Below are positions 25,305-34,513 of a stretch of 64,000 nt of DNA, in pieces. Origin of the DNA: a virus; the IMG/VR virus record IMGVR_UViG_3300042691_012617, positions 1-64,000 of that record, one strand, 5' to 3'. Made by a program: the position numbers and the translations under genes. How positions within the stretch are numbered: position 1 is the first letter of the stretch; each line of letters starts with the position of its first letter. The notes below the pieces were generated by a model. The model did no database searches. It was given only the letters and a program-made list of their open reading frames with translations, and was not told where the DNA came from.

Positions 25305-25758
25305 CTACGATATCGCCCCGATCAATAGCCTTACGCTGATCACGAATCATCTTCTGCAAATCAGCCGTGCTGCCCACATAGATGGAGTTGTTCGTGACTG
25401 TTGTAGTCTTTGCCTTCTCTTCCTTCTTGAGATCCTTCATGCGGCGATGGATATCCATCAGCCTGTTATTAGCCTCAAGGGATGATTGTATGAGTTGTGC
25501 CATTACTTCGTAGGCACGGGCTTGTTGACTGTCCTGAGCCAGTTCGCTGATGCCTTCGATGGCTTCCTGCGACTTCTCAATGATGCACTTCAGGTTCTTT
25601 CGAACTTCGTCGTAGTCCCTGTCTGCATCGGACGGATTGTACTGATGGTCTACGGAAATCGCCTTTACTGGAACGATATCCACAACTTCGGGATTGGGTT
25701 CGATTCCCAATGTGTTTGCGATGTTCATGTCGATGTTGCTCACGGCTCCTCCTGTCAT
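25294..25758 (-). CDS. gp16: terminase small subunit
   Basis: DYDEVRKNL, RAYEVMAQL and NNSIYVGSTADLQK; the exact start is uncertain. Confidence 0.9.
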   Translation of the reverse strand: MTGGAVSNIDMNIANTLGIEPNPEVVDIVPVKAISVDHQYNPSDADRDYDEVRKNLKCIIEKSQEAIEGISELAQDSQQARAYEVMAQLIQSSLEANNRLMDIHRRMKDLKKEEKAKTTTVTNNSIYVGSTADLQKMIRDQRKAIDRGDIVDEQ

Positions 25759-26612
25759 TATGTTCCCCATGCTGTCGGGGGATACTCACGAATGCTCACA
25801 CTTGCATGTGTAGCCCCTGCGCCTGTCCATCCTGCCGTCAGAGACGGTGTATAGCCTCCTGCCGTAATACCCGCAGCGGCAGACACTCCAATGTCTGCGT
25901 ATGGCTTGAATGCTGCTGTGGATGTCGTGCTTGGCGAGAAGTCCTTGATGTCGAAGATGTTGACATTCGTGTTGAGGATGAGCGGGGCTTCCTTGACTGG
26001 CCCATACAGGTACATCTTGGCGATGAACTGAATAGTCGCAAAGTTGACCTTGCGCTGCGAGTAATCCCCATATGACCCATCGTCACCCTCAGTCAATGCA
26101 ACAGACGAAAGTACAATAGGCACATCAACATCGATATCCATTCCATCGATTGCCTTGATTGTGAACACATATTCGGGCGTAAAGTACGGAAGGATCTGCT
26201 CAACGATCTGCAAGCAATCATCCATGCTCTTTGTCATTGCGCTCAGAGTCATGTTCATGTTGTATGGAACACGCTCCCACCGCTTCTTCAATGTACCGCG
26301 ATCTCCTGCGTTGTATCCAACTGTCTGCTGTACGCTGTTCAACTTACGCGACGAATCGTATTGCAGGGATGAGATCTCAAACGCCAATCGCGGAAGATAG
26401 TTCTCCAAACGCACCTGTTGCTGATCGAAGTCGGTTCCGATGCGATCAAGACGCTTCAGGAACTTCTGCTGCGGCCCGTATGCAATAGGAACACGGATGC
26501 GCTCTTTCTCGCTGCCGTTGGCATCGTTGCGAACGAGATGCACATTGTTGAATAGTGAGGCAAAGCCAACCACTACCTTTCGGACTGTGCCATGGTAGTA
26601 ATACTCAAGCAT
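25758..26612 (-). CDS. gp15: tail sheath stabilizer/terminator
   Basis: VVGFASLFNN, RVPIAYGPQQKFL and QIVEQILPYFTP. Confidence 0.95.
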   Translation of the reverse strand: MLEYYYHGTVRKVVVGFASLFNNVHLVRNDANGSEKERIRVPIAYGPQQKFLKRLDRIGTDFDQQQVRLENYLPRLAFEISSLQYDSSRKLNSVQQTVGYNAGDRGTLKKRWERVPYNMNMTLSAMTKSMDDCLQIVEQILPYFTPEYVFTIKAIDGMDIDVDVPIVLSSVALTEGDDGSYGDYSQRKVNFATIQFIAKMYLYGPVKEAPLILNTNVNIFDIKDFSPSTTSTAAFKPYADIGVSAAAGITAGGYTPSLTAGWTGAGATHASVSIREYPPTAWGT

Positions 26613-26615
26613 AAA

Positions 26616-27509
26616 TCATGGATCTCCGAATGGGTTGGACTCATCGAAGTTGAAGACAGAGTCTGCCTCGGTTTCGATCTCTTCGTTCTTTGCCTCGTCA
26701 AGAATGCCCATTGTGTCATCCTTGCTGATAATTGGGGCATACAGATTGACACCCGCTTTGGCTAGGTAGGCGGTTGCTCCCTTCGCCGTTTCTTCGACCC
26801 AAGTACCAACAACATTGGATAGAGATATTCTGAGCGGAGTGACGCTAGGCTCATACGAGTAGACCACCGCCCTCGCAGACGCTCCCGAAGTTGCTCCTGT
26901 AATTGATCCATCCGCGTATTGATAAACGCTGTCGCCTTCTGCAAAAGATCCTGATCCATAGATCCCCCCAAGGTTGAGGTTGACTTTGAATCCCGTCTCG
27001 TCGTTGATAGCGTCGAGTTCGGGAACTCCAGTATTGAAGTCTTCTTCGGAATACTGGAAGAGTTCGCATGTCAATTGATAGGAGTAGAGTTTGCCCAACT
27101 GATAGAACGGGTTCTCATGCTCCACGAACTTCACCTCAAACAAACCCCTGCTGATCGGAAGGTAGAGCAAATCTCCTTCCAAGGGTCTATCCATACCTGT
27201 TTCACGCTTGAATCGCTTCTTGGAAACGGTGAACTTCACGCTGTCACGGATCTCAAAGCCAAACTTGGTAAATGTGTCGCCTCCTTCAAATGCTGTAGTC
27301 GTGTCCATGTACATTTCGATCATCTTGAAATTGGTGAACCGCGAATACTGCGACTCACCGAAGAGATCGTCCCGCGTTACCATCTCACGCGGCACATAGT
27401 ACATCTCATGTCCATAGATCTTAATCGCCTCTACGGTCAGATCCTCAACGAGGTTCTGCTCGGGCTGATAAGTCTTGTTGTTGACACGGATGTACGGGTT
27501 TAATGCCAT
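26616..27509 (-). CDS. gp14: neck protein
   Basis: EQNLVEDL..EAIKIYG, LFEVKFVEHENPFYQLGK and FDESNPFG. Confidence 0.95.
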   Translation of the reverse strand: MALNPYIRVNNKTYQPEQNLVEDLTVEAIKIYGHEMYYVPREMVTRDDLFGESQYSRFTNFKMIEMYMDTTTAFEGGDTFTKFGFEIRDSVKFTVSKKRFKRETGMDRPLEGDLLYLPISRGLFEVKFVEHENPFYQLGKLYSYQLTCELFQYSEEDFNTGVPELDAINDETGFKVNLNLGGIYGSGSFAEGDSVYQYADGSITGATSGASARAVVYSYEPSVTPLRISLSNVVGTWVEETAKGATAYLAKAGVNLYAPIISKDDTMGILDEAKNEEIETEADSVFNFDESNPFGDP

Positions 27510-27519
27510 GCTTTATTCC

Positions 27520-28374
27520 TTAGCCCATGATGAAGTCAACGGGCAATTCGCCCTTCAGGATAATTTCCTTCTCAATATCTTCCTTCTGTTGCCACGAATC
27601 CTTCATCATCGATTGTCCATCAAGGACAATGTCACCAGGCAACTTGATTCCGCTGTACTTGGAGAGGTTGACTCCCCATTGCCAACGGACAAGAGCCACT
27701 AGGTATTTCTTCAGAAGACGGTCGTTGTAGACCTCAGGGTATACACGGGGATCAAGGATGCGGTAGGCTTCGATGATCAGATACATGCCTGCATTCAACT
27801 GACGCTTGTCTGAATCAAGGTACAACTTGTTGGCGACTCGGTTGAATCGAATGCTCTTGTCAGGTGACAGAAATTGACGAAGCAGCGAAAGGTACTGCTG
27901 TGTCATGTCGTACTGGACAAGATCGATGGTTCCGAAGGTGTACAGGTCGTTCAATGCATACTGGTAGCGAACATCGAACATGCCCACCGACTGCTGTGTG
28001 AATGGGAAAATTCGGGTGACGCTGACGATCAGATTCTGAAGCAGGACATTCTCGGGGCAATCGGGGTCTTGGCTAGTCTGAATAGCCTCGGCATCCTCAA
28101 AGCCCGAACCGTCTGCCGTCTCTGACTGCACATTGTCGGCTGTAAAGGAAATGTACCCGTTGTCGATGTCCGTTTGGGACAACTTGTACTTCAGGTAGAC
28201 CTTCTCCACGCCATCGAAGTGGTATTCGGAGAAAAATTGGAGAGCGTCATTCAGACGGTCTTCCAACTGCTCGTCTGCTATATTGATCTCAACTACGGGG
28301 TGACCGTTTGCGCGTAGTGCGTACTCTCTTAGTTCCGCTCTCGTTGAAATCAGTCCGCTGCTGCAACTCGACAT
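27520..28374 (-). CDS. gp13: neck protein
   Basis: LREYALRANGHPVVEINI, EYHFDG and QWGVNLSKYSGIKLPG. Confidence 0.95.
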   Translation of the reverse strand: MSSCSSGLISTRAELREYALRANGHPVVEINIADEQLEDRLNDALQFFSEYHFDGVEKVYLKYKLSQTDIDNGYISFTADNVQSETADGSGFEDAEAIQTSQDPDCPENVLLQNLIVSVTRIFPFTQQSVGMFDVRYQYALNDLYTFGTIDLVQYDMTQQYLSLLRQFLSPDKSIRFNRVANKLYLDSDKRQLNAGMYLIIEAYRILDPRVYPEVYNDRLLKKYLVALVRWQWGVNLSKYSGIKLPGDIVLDGQSMMKDSWQQKEDIEKEIILKGELPVDFIMG

Positions 28375-28714
28375 TTGGCGTTACCTCCTCAGGATATTTA
28401 GCCTTTATGTCGGGTTCAGGCACCGACTCTTTCCTAGCGGCTTCAACTTCAGCAGCCACCTCTTGATTTTCCTTGGTGACTTCGACAAGCAGTCTGAAGA
28501 AATCGTCAATACGAGCAAGATAGCGGTCACCGTCTTCCCACTTGCCAACTACAGTCCAAGAGTTGTGCTTGGTTCTATAGTGTCTGCGATTCCCATCATA
28601 AAACATCACAATCAGGTCGTTTGGATGCTGGTAAGAGGGTTCCAATCTCTTGAAGAGATCAAGGGGTACCTTCAAACCATGCAAGTAGATGTTATCCTTG
28701 TCGTGTTTGAACAT
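28289..28714 (-). CDS. hypothetical protein (possible fibre assembly chaperone)
   Basis: Directly downstream of a fibre gene; its C-terminus overlaps gp13. Confidence 0.6.
   Translation of the reverse strand: MFKHDKDNIYLHGLKVPLDLFKRLEPSYQHPNDLIVMFYDGNRRHYRTKHNSWTVVGKWEDGDRYLARIDDFFRLLVEVTKENQEVAAEVEAARKESVPEPDIKAKYPEEVTPNVELQQRTDFNESGTKRVRTTRKRSPRS
28395..28401 (-). promoter_or_regulatory. late promoter CTAAATA
   Basis: Upstream of the gp13 GAGGAGG RBS. Confidence 0.65.
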
Positions 28715-28717
28715 CGA

Positions 28718-31700
28718 TTAGATCGGAAGTTGTTCCGAATCTCCCTTGATTGTGTCTTCGGGCGTAGCAGTATCAACAAGGGTGGTCAAGTCGGTCTTGC
28801 CGACTGTCATGAGAATCTTGGAATTGATTGCCTGAACACGACCAGTACCAATGAGACGGGAGGTCTGAACACCCGTGACGAAATCGGTTCCCGTCTTACC
28901 TTTTGAGCCTCCAACCGTGGAGAGTAGGTCAGGACTAGACACATTTGAATTGATTGCAAGCACCGCAAACTTGTTATCTTCGGTTCCCTGTTGAATTCCT
29001 GTTGTCCCACCGCTCTTGCTGAATCCTGTGTCGGAAAGGATGCGGACAAAATCCTTGATTCTGACATTTGCATTGACCGCAAGCACGCCTGGACCGATGA
29101 TGTCCGTATCGCCCATGGAAACACTTCCATTGAGAACCGTGGTTGGGGCGCGGTTGCCCTTGATGTGTGTCTTGCCGATCTTATCCAAGTCGCGGGTGAT
29201 GTTGATTGTACCGCCGTTGTCTGTGATCACAGGGAACGAGTTGCGGGAGAAGATTGCCCCCGCAGCCTCGGCATTAGATCCGCTGTCGGCTGCAAGCCCA
29301 TAGTAGGAATCGGATACTGTGCAATGCTTGAGGACAATCGTTCCACCATTCGTGGCATGTGCTGCCACGGGATAGTTGAGGAACATCGAATCTCTGGCCC
29401 TAATTGTCCCACCGTCCGTCTGCAATCCAATTGCGTTGCTGTAAACCCCGCCTGTTACGAACGAGGAGAACGCGGGGTCGTTGAGTGCCGATGTGAGGGA
29501 GCGATTGATGAATGCAATTCCATCGCCATCTGTCGCACCGACATCCCAAGCACCGATATATGTCCGAGTGTTTCTTCCTGAGAACACAGCACCGTTTGGA
29601 GATGTCGTGCGAATCGTCACGCCATACACATCGACAGAGTTGATGTAATTGGTGAATGTCTGATTTAGGAGATTGCCGAAAGTCATCGAACCTTCGTTCT
29701 TGACATGCAGCGTGAAGTACTGTCCGCTGATGCCAACAACTTCGTGACCACCGATCAGCATGTTCATAACACCACCCGTGCCGCTTGTGATGCCATCGAA
29801 GCCCGACGAAATGCCGTTCGATGCTGTCGTACCCGCTACCAATGCAAGCGGTGGGAGGAAGCGTACTGCGCTCCCCGTGGCAGCAATCATGCTCTGTGCC
29901 GTGCCAATGTTTACTTGAAGTGCAAAGCGAGTGCTATCCGTGGCACCCAAAGCCGTGTAAAGAGGTAGGAATGTGATTCCCTGTACTGTCTGTGTGACAA
30001 GGCTACCCTGCTCTGCGCGGATATAAAGATCGCGGTCAATGTAGTTGAACCAAGGCTGATTTAGCGTATACACACCGCGTGTAAGAATGATGTCAAACGG
30101 CGTTGCGAATGCCGAAGCCGAATCATTGATCACCGATAGGTTGTACACCGTTGAACGATTGATCTTGACATTCGGATTTGGGGAAACCGTGAGCGGCTTT
30201 GTAAATCTTCCGTACTGGAAGGTGCTTTCATTCACGGAGTCGGTTGGATCTCTGTAATAGAAAGGTGCTTCTGTAGAGGGTGCGATGTTGTTTGCAGTAA
30301 ACACGGACATTGCATAGTTGAAATCTGTCGGATAGAGCGGATCCATCGACAGATTCTGACCAAGGAATGTCTTGTTCGGATTGCCAACGATGCCGTTCTT
30401 GTAAACAGAGTCAGGTGACAGCCAAATTGACTTGGCACCATTCCCATCACCACCGACAAAATTACATACACAGTCATTACCATCAGGCCCTGCGGGGCCA
30501 GCGGGGCCTGCGGGACCAACAGGCCCTGCGGGGCCAGCGGGGCCTTGACTGCCTGCTGCGCCATCGTTGCCATCTGCCCCGTCCTGACCATCACAAGTTG
30601 TAAGACCAAATGTTGCACCAGTACAACTTGCACCCGTGAACCCCAATACAAGAGTCCAACATCCTGCGGTTTTTGTATTGCTGACCACATAGACAGAACA
30701 GCCCGCGTGACCGCGTGGACCAATTTCGATTCCTGGTCCTTGGAACTGACGGTGGCGAATGATCCAGTTCGTTGCCACATAAGGCGGCATCATTGAAATG
30801 GGTTCGTTGTCTGCCGTGAATCCCGCTTCATATGAAGTGGTTTGGGTGACATCTACTGTGCGCTGTGCGGCTGCAATTGCAATTCGGTTTGTTGCGCCAA
30901 CGGAGTCTGTCTGTGTGGTGTACAGATAGTTGCTGTGATCGGGGATTTCATCCGATGCGAGTAGGTGTGTATCGTCGCCGCCGATATCCCCCCGCTTCAG
31001 TTCGCTAAGACCCGAAGAGTATCCAACGCCAAATGCGGTTCTTGCCCGCATGTCGGGAATGAAGAATCGATCACAGGTTGCTCCAGTAGCCTCTCCTGCT
31101 TGGAGTGACTGAATGGTTACCTGAGAACTTGCGACAGCACCGCTGAAATCTACGGGAGTACAGCCTGGGTATGTTCTCTTGTATTGGAACCGCGCTTGAA
31201 CTGTATTTGCACCCGTCAACGATCCGATTGCATAGTCGTTTGTACCACCCCAACCAATCTTATAGTCACGATTTGTATCGTTGTTATATGCATCGACAAG
31301 ACCGTGTGCAGTCGTACCAGGGTAATCCTCATGCCCCTCAGCGGAGAACGAAATGATGATGTCCCGAGCCGTGTTACCAACAGGGCCAGTCGTACTAGAA
31401 ACAAGACCAGTTACCTTGTACTTGTCTCCAATGATCTCATACAAGTGGCTGTAGATCTCGCCATCGATAGGAGTTGCACCCGACTTGCGAACGGCAGCAC
31501 CATCGCAGATTCTCCATGTGGAAGGAACTGTTTGGAAACTACCCGCCCACGGAATCATAGACCCAACAGGTGAAAATAGAGATGCGCTAGATGTCTGAGG
31601 CAGGGCATTGATCACGAACCCCTTGTCGGTGTCGGTTGCAACGATCATGCCCTGAATGTAGGAAGCCCCGTCGAATGGGCGGATTGGTGTCAGATATCCC

Positions 31701-32026
31701 GCGTTTGTTGGGGAGAGGTAATAGACATTTCCTGCGGTGAGAGATGTCGCACCGTCATCAATGTCCAAGGCGGCTCCTTCGAAATCGATTTCGCCTTGGT
31801 AGACTACTGTGATCGATTCCGTCGAAGCCGCCTCGACAACACCCACCGTCTGAGATGTCACCAAATCATCGGCAAGACCTAGAGCGAATCCTGTAACGCC
31901 GCCCGTGTAGACTACGACATTACCCGCTGCGAACCCGTGCCCCGAAGGGACAGTCCAAGTGTTGAGGATTCTGCGACCGTCACTACCGCCGCCGCCGCCG
32001 ATGATTGGGATTGCACTATAAGCCAT
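28718..32026 (-). CDS. tail fibre protein with collar domain, collagen-like segment and probable beta-helix C-terminus
   Basis: PVGSMIPWAG...WRICDG...IPDMRAR...MPPYVATNWIIR (tail collar); GPAGPAGPVGPAGPAGP collagen repeat; beta-helix-like repeats. Confidence 0.85.
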   Translation of the reverse strand: MAYSAIPIIGGGGGSDGRRILNTWTVPSGHGFAAGNVVVYTGGVTGFALGLADDLVTSQTVGVVEAASTESITVVYQGEIDFEGAALDIDDGATSLTAGNVYYLSPTNAGYLTPIRPFDGASYIQGMIVATDTDKGFVINALPQTSSASLFSPVGSMIPWAGSFQTVPSTWRICDGAAVRKSGATPIDGEIYSHLYEIIGDKYKVTGLVSSTTGPVGNTARDIIISFSAEGHEDYPGTTAHGLVDAYNNDTNRDYKIGWGGTNDYAIGSLTGANTVQARFQYKRTYPGCTPVDFSGAVASSQVTIQSLQAGEATGATCDRFFIPDMRARTAFGVGYSSGLSELKRGDIGGDDTHLLASDEIPDHSNYLYTTQTDSVGATNRIAIAAAQRTVDVTQTTSYEAGFTADNEPISMMPPYVATNWIIRHRQFQGPGIEIGPRGHAGCSVYVVSNTKTAGCWTLVLGFTGASCTGATFGLTTCDGQDGADGNDGAAGSQGPAGPAGPVGPAGPAGPAGPDGNDCVCNFVGGDGNGAKSIWLSPDSVYKNGIVGNPNKTFLGQNLSMDPLYPTDFNYAMSVFTANNIAPSTEAPFYYRDPTDSVNESTFQYGRFTKPLTVSPNPNVKINRSTVYNLSVINDSASAFATPFDIILTRGVYTLNQPWFNYIDRDLYIRAEQGSLVTQTVQGITFLPLYTALGATDSTRFALQVNIGTAQSMIAATGSAVRFLPPLALVAGTTASNGISSGFDGITSGTGGVMNMLIGGHEVVGISGQYFTLHVKNEGSMTFGNLLNQTFTNYINSVDVYGVTIRTTSPNGAVFSGRNTRTYIGAWDVGATDGDGIAFINRSLTSALNDPAFSSFVTGGVYSNAIGLQTDGGTIRARDSMFLNYPVAAHATNGGTIVLKHCTVSDSYYGLAADSGSNAEAAGAIFSRNSFPVITDNGGTINITRDLDKIGKTHIKGNRAPTTVLNGSVSMGDTDIIGPGVLAVNANVRIKDFVRILSDTGFSKSGGTTGIQQGTEDNKFAVLAINSNVSSPDLLSTVGGSKGKTGTDFVTGVQTSRLIGTGRVQAINSKILMTVGKTDLTTLVDTATPEDTIKGDSEQLPI
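30484..30545. repeat. 26-nt direct repeat with a 36-nt period in the collagen-coding segment
   Basis: CAGGCCCTGCGGGGCCAGCGGGGCCT at 30484-30509 and 30520-30545. Confidence 0.85.
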
Positions 32027-32062
32027 TCGTGGAGTTCCTACCTTTGAGAGTCAGACTGCCAC

Positions 32063-32069
32063 TATTTAG
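32063..32069 (-). promoter_or_regulatory. late promoter CTAAATA
   Basis: Upstream of the fibre gene. Confidence 0.65.
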
Positions 32070-32078
32070 CGGCAATCC

Positions 32079-33305
32079 TTACCCCTGATCACCCTCGTTC
32101 AGAATGGCATCGCTAGCGAACTTGAGATTGGCTTCGATGCGCTCCTTCTGATCGGGCGGGAACTTGCCCTGTTGCAGCAACTGGATGCTTGCAATACGCG
32201 ATTCACGGTAGTGTCCCGTCCAAAACGCCGCGATTGCAAACTCATCCAAGAGTGCCCATTCATAGATTCCCTGACCGACGAAGAGGGCACCTTCGGGATA
32301 TCGAATCTTTAGACCCTGCTTGGCGAAGCGATAGCCCTGATCGAACCGCGAGAATGCGCGGCAGAGACGAGCAGCAGCCCATAGGCTTTCGCCTCTCCAA
32401 GGAGCAACCTGATATGCCTTGAAGTACAACTGAATGATGTTGTCAACGGGCTTCTCCAAGATCTCCATGATCCGACCCGCCTGATAGAGGCTGTAGAACA
32501 CTTCCTCGTTCCAACCACCGAGATCAGCCCGCTTGAGGTACGCCTGAAGAGCGGGTTCCCATTGCTGCGAGTCGCGGTACGACTGAGCGAGGTAGAAGTG
32601 GTAGCGATTGAAATCCTTCTCATCGACCTTGCCCGAAGCAAGTGCCGCTTCGAACTTCTCTGCGTCCTTCTTGTACTTCTCGGGGTCGGACGAACGGGCA
32701 CCATCCTGAATCGGAGTGTTCATGAACCCACGGGCGAAGTCACGGGTGCCGATTGGATCATGGCAGTCCACATACTCATGGAGAACCCCACGGTAGTAGA
32801 ACCGCTTCTTGTTGCTCGTCATCTGTGGACGGTGATATCGCGTCTGTCCGAAGTGGGCGAAGATGTTGTAGAGATCGGCGTTCAGCGTCTCCTTGAACTT
32901 CATCGGATCGAAACCAGGCTCGTAAACAAGGATCTCGTCTGCATCGATCATGTATGCATAATCGGTATCCGTCTTCTGACAGAGTTCAAGAGCCTCGCTA
33001 CGGTTGTGACCGAAATCAACCCACGGACGCTCATGGAGTTCGCCCTTGATGCCATTACGATCAAAGAAGTCCTTGATCTTCTGCTGAGTGCCATCCGTCG
33101 AGCCTGTGTCAACAATCACCCAATGGTCGATGATTGGAAGGACCGAGGACAGGCACCGCTCAATGACATGAGCCTCGTTCTTGACAATCATGCAAAGGCT
33201 GATCGTCTTGTGCTTGTTTGGTGTGGGATTCGCCGTTGTTACTGCGGCGGTGGGGGTTGTCGAAACAACCGAAGTCGGTGCATCAATTGTCATGCTCTCG
33301 CTCAT
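32079..33305 (-). CDS. family 2 glycosyltransferase with TPR repeats
   Basis: ISLCMIVKNEAHVIERCL, VDTGSTDGT, IDADE (DxD) and GVLHE; TPR-like FYLAQSYRD...; GGAG RBS favours a start at 33305. Confidence 0.93.
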   Translation of the reverse strand: MSESMTIDAPTSVVSTTPTAAVTTANPTPNKHKTISLCMIVKNEAHVIERCLSSVLPIIDHWVIVDTGSTDGTQQKIKDFFDRNGIKGELHERPWVDFGHNRSEALELCQKTDTDYAYMIDADEILVYEPGFDPMKFKETLNADLYNIFAHFGQTRYHRPQMTSNKKRFYYRGVLHEYVDCHDPIGTRDFARGFMNTPIQDGARSSDPEKYKKDAEKFEAALASGKVDEKDFNRYHFYLAQSYRDSQQWEPALQAYLKRADLGGWNEEVFYSLYQAGRIMEILEKPVDNIIQLYFKAYQVAPWRGESLWAAARLCRAFSRFDQGYRFAKQGLKIRYPEGALFVGQGIYEWALLDEFAIAAFWTGHYRESRIASIQLLQQGKFPPDQKERIEANLKFASDAILNEGDQG

Positions 33306-33338
33306 TGCAATCTCCATAATGAAGGTGGGTGTGTCAGG

Positions 33339-33345
33339 TATTTAG
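33339..33345 (-). promoter_or_regulatory. late promoter CTAAATA for the glycosyltransferase
   Basis: Intergenic and directly upstream of the GT2 gene. Confidence 0.7.
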
Positions 33346-33373
33346 TCGCGGCTGGTTTGAACTATTAGTTGCG

Positions 33374-33715
33374 TCACGGAATTTTCGTAATTTCGGGATA
33401 AACATTTATCATGCCCTGCACAACTCTTTGGACATTTGTGCTTCCACTTGAGTGCAATTCGACATCATAAAACCACACACCCGCCTTCACCGCAGCGGAT
33501 GCAGTTGCCCCCAAAGAGACATTGATGTTGCCTGTAGACCCTGTAATTGATGTTGTCAGACTTACTGCACTTGACGATGTATAGAACTTCCTCATCTGAG
33601 CATATGCCGTGTATCCACTAGCAATGTTCATAGGAAGACCGTCCGTCCCTTTCACCACATAGGAGAAAGAGAAGTTTGATCCCTGATCCATGTCTCTGTT
33701 GATCGTCTGCGCCAT
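33374..33715 (-). CDS. small virion structural/adaptor protein
   Basis: DQGSNFS...GYTAYAQMRK...G.WFYDVEL...RVVQG.I.V.PEIT is a family common in T4-like phage tail regions. Confidence 0.8.
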   Translation of the reverse strand: MAQTINRDMDQGSNFSFSYVVKGTDGLPMNIASGYTAYAQMRKFYTSSSAVSLTTSITGSTGNINVSLGATASAAVKAGVWFYDVELHSSGSTNVQRVVQGMINVYPEITKIP

Positions 33716-33721
33716 TGGTGG

Positions 33722-33728
33722 TATTTAT
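33722..33728 (-). promoter_or_regulatory. late promoter ATAAATA
   Basis: 6 nt upstream of ATG 33715. Confidence 0.7.
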
Positions 33729-33731
33729 TCG

Positions 33732-34511
33732 TTAGGGTTCCTCAAACCACATCACGCCATACGGGTAGTGATTACAGGTGTCGCAATTATTTCCCCGCTT
33801 AACCGAGACAATTTGGTTGAATGAGTTAGGGATTACCTTTTCATCAACGGGGAAGTAATGAAGATCGACAAATCCATCATCGCCACAGCGAACACCTTCT
33901 GTTGATACACTTGGGGTAAGAAGCCAAGGACATTCCCAATTCGATGCCCCACCCATTCGAAGATTTGTAATAGTAAAATTGGGAATAGACTGCCATGTCC
34001 AAATGCTCGTATTTTCGTTTACATAATCAGAATTTGATCTTCTTGCAAGTATCGTTCCGATTCCATCAAATGTGCTTGGTCTCTGTCCTAGGAAGATTCC
34101 ATCACAAACATCGTCGTAGATGCCTGACCAACGGCAGTAGACTATTTTCCACCCACTAGGAACATACCAATCGTTCGGAATATTTATCTGCCCGATAGAT
34201 GTTGCCGCACCTTGACTGAACCCCGCACCGCCAAAGGAAAGTCTGACTCTTTTCTTATAGATCGTCCTTGTCAATTCGGGCGCAGTAGTTTGCCATGACC
34301 CATTTTGCATGACTTTGACTGACTCTACTTCTCTCCATTGACCGCCACTTTGAACATATGCGGTCTGAGGAGACTGCCATGACTGTGAAGAAATAACATC
34401 CAATCCTGAGTAGTTTTCAACGATTGATCGCTGAGATACCAATACGGCTAGGTTCGTGCCGCTTTGCGCAACACTTGTCCCCACGGGGATGTCTGCAATC
34501 GATGTTGGCAC
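33732..34511 (-). CDS. hypothetical protein, possible fibre tip/adhesin
   Basis: Follows a fibre gene; YVQSGGQWREVESVKVMQNGSWQ repeat; Trp/Cys-rich; locally AT-richer. Confidence 0.6.
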   Translation of the reverse strand: MPTSIADIPVGTSVAQSGTNLAVLVSQRSIVENYSGLDVISSQSWQSPQTAYVQSGGQWREVESVKVMQNGSWQTTAPELTRTIYKKRVRLSFGGAGFSQGAATSIGQINIPNDWYVPSGWKIVYCRWSGIYDDVCDGIFLGQRPSTFDGIGTILARRSNSDYVNENTSIWTWQSIPNFTITNLRMGGASNWECPWLLTPSVSTEGVRCGDDGFVDLHYFPVDEKVIPNSFNQIVSVKRGNNCDTCNHYPYGVMWFEEP

Positions 34512-34513
34512 GA

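Noticed and set aside
30484-30545. Direct repeat as a CRISPR, DGR or recombination site
   Set aside because: Explained by Gly-Pro-Ala collagen coding; no spacers or reverse transcriptase are present.
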